This document shows, piece by piece, positions 62,851-64,000 of a stretch of 64,000 nucleotides of DNA. Numbering within the stretch: the stretch's first letter is position 1; each line of letters starts with the position of its first letter. Position numbers and translations under genes: made by a program. The notes beneath the pieces are model-generated. The model had not been told where the DNA came from, ran no database searches, and saw only the letters and a program-made list of their open reading frames with translations. The DNA is from an uncultured Verrucomicrobiae bacterium (lineage in GTDB: Bacteria > Verrucomicrobiota > Verrucomicrobiia > Limisphaerales > Palsa-1400). The DNA is taken from the NCBI GenBank assembly GCA_963764165.1, contig CAVXRD010000003.1, positions 32,001-96,000 of the forward strand, given 5' to 3'.

Positions 62851-63384
62851 TCAGGCAGCGGGTTTTTTGGCCACGATCACACCGGCGGGGCGCATGAGCC
62901 GGTTGCGAAATCTGTATCCTTTGCGAACCTGCTTGAGCACCTGGCCTTCGGGAGTTCCAGCGCTTTCCTCCTGGGAAATGGCTTCGTGCAAATTCGGGTC
63001 AAACGCTTTTCCGGTCGCGTCTATTTCCTCCAGCCCAGAGTCGGCCAGAATCGATTTCAATTGCTGGGAAATCATCGCCACGCCCGCCTGCAGGGATTTG
63101 GCGGAGGCATCGTTGCTGGCGGCCGCCAGCGCCATTTCAAACGTGTCCATCACCGGCAGCAATTTGGAAATCAAACTCTCATTCGCGTAGGAAATCGCAT
63201 CCTGGCGCTCGCGGGCGGCCCGCTTCTTATAATTGTCAAAATCCGCGTTGAGGCGGACGTACTTGTCCCAATTCTCTTCAGCCTTGGCCGCCTGGGCCTT
63301 GAGCTGTTCCAAATCGACCGCCGCCGGATCGGCGACTTGCGCCGCATCCTCGGCGAATTCACTGTTTTTCACGTCATTATCCAT
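62851..63384 (-). CDS. grpE: Nucleotide exchange factor GrpE
   Basis: ADFDNYKKR, LLPVMD, FDPNLHEA, KGY....LMRPAGV; ATG at 63384. Confidence 0.95.
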   Translation of the reverse strand: MDNDVKNSEFAEDAAQVADPAAVDLEQLKAQAAKAEENWDKYVRLNADFDNYKKRAARERQDAISYANESLISKLLPVMDTFEMALAAASNDASAKSLQAGVAMISQQLKSILADSGLEEIDATGKAFDPNLHEAISQEESAGTPEGQVLKQVRKGYRFRNRLMRPAGVIVAKKPAA

Positions 63385-63503
63385 TTGCACACGAATATAC
63401 CAGAATGCGCCCAGTTTCAACCTCCGTCGGTCCGGGCGGTTGAGATTATTTGATGTCCCATGACGTCTTGACAAGCAAAGGCGCGGGCCGGGCACAATGA
63501 GGA

Positions 63504-64000
63504 ATGATCGACCATGACCGTCTGTTCAAAGAATTGCTGACCGAATTCTTTGGCGATTTCGTCGACCTGTTTCTGCCCCACTTGGCCGCTTATCTTGACA
63601 AATCATCCTTGGTTTTCCTGGACAAGGAAATTTTCACCGACGTTACCTCGGGCGAGAAACACGAGGCGGATTTGGTCGTCAAAGCCCGTTTTGGTGGGAA
63701 GGAGTCATTTTTTCTGGTTCATGTGGAGCATCAGGCTCAGGCCCATCAGGATTTTGGCAAACGCATGTTCCGTTATTTCGCCCGCCTGCGCGACAAGCAT
63801 GACCTGCCGGTTTATCCGATTGTTTTGTTTTCGCATGCCTCTCCCACGCCGGAGCCGGATTTCTACGAAGTAGGCTTTCCCGACCTGATGGTCATGCGCT
63901 TTCGCTTCCGGGTCATCCAGTTGGGGTTGCTCAATTGGCGGGATTACATGCGCCGCGCCAATCCTGTTGCCAGCGCATTGATGGCCAAAATGGGAATGGA
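63504..64000 (+). CDS. Rpn/YhgA-like PD-(D/E)XK nuclease (putative transposase family); 3' end runs off the window
   Basis: Not in the ORF track. Manual translation: MIDHDRLFKELLTEFF...FLDKEIFTD...EADLVVK...LVHVEHQ...FGKRMFRYF...PVYPIVLF. Confidence 0.85.
   Translation, partial: MIDHDRLFKELLTEFFGDFVDLFLPHLAAYLDKSSLVFLDKEIFTDVTSGEKHEADLVVKARFGGKESFFLVHVEHQAQAHQDFGKRMFRYFARLRDKHDLPVYPIVLFSHASPTPEPDFYEVGFPDLMVMRFRFRVIQLGLLNWRDYMRRANPVASALMAKMGM

Noticed and set aside
60964..63500. grpE-dnaJ-rsmE without dnaK/hrcA; possible CIRCE element
   Set aside because: Split chaperone operons are common, and no TTAGCACTC-N9-GAGTGCTAA was found upstream of grpE.
63504..64000. Rpn gene as an insertion sequence
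   Set aside because: No terminal repeats are visible, the gene is truncated by the window edge, and Rpn proteins are not demonstrated IS transposases.
1..64000. tRNA, rRNA or riboswitch genes
   Set aside because: None recognised by eye in the intergenic regions; a covariance-model (Rfam/tRNAscan) search would be needed to exclude them.

Overview
GC-rich bacterial chromosomal window. Gene families (GloVer/Gloeo_Verruco repeats, PVC-type CxxCH dehydrogenase, DUF5069, C-terminally extended ECF sigma) point to Verrucomicrobiota, probably Pedosphaerales-like; this is an inference. The first ~38 kb is an accessory tract of large exported proteins: an astacin protease cut by the left edge, two GloVer-repeat proteins, a frameshifted S53 sedolisin-NHL protein, a DUF6600 protein, a PVC heme dehydrogenase, a 2.8-kaa lamin-tail/CotH kinase protein and a CocE hydrolase. 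It also holds two ECF sigma modules, one paired with a Ser/Thr kinase, and a four-helix-bundle gene flanked by inverted repeats. The remainder is mostly housekeeping or metabolic: ABC exporter, pfp, HDAC-ubiX, rdgB, double cyclophilin, GtaA-like hydrolase, Tat amidohydrolase, yjbQ, speY, two GT-C-like membrane proteins, rsmE-dnaJ-grpE and an Rpn nuclease cut by the right edge. Strongest leads: (i) Thr-Asn dipeptides enriched specifically in extracytoplasmic segments, a possible unrecognised modification motif; (ii) a family of 9-bp-periodic inverted-repeat elements with variable or nested cargo; (iii) an exactly duplicated bipartite ECF promoter; (iv) two shared C-terminal sorting-like domains; (v) a likely ATT start codon and a signal-peptide-uncoupling frameshift. 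All family calls come from motif recognition by eye, not database searches.
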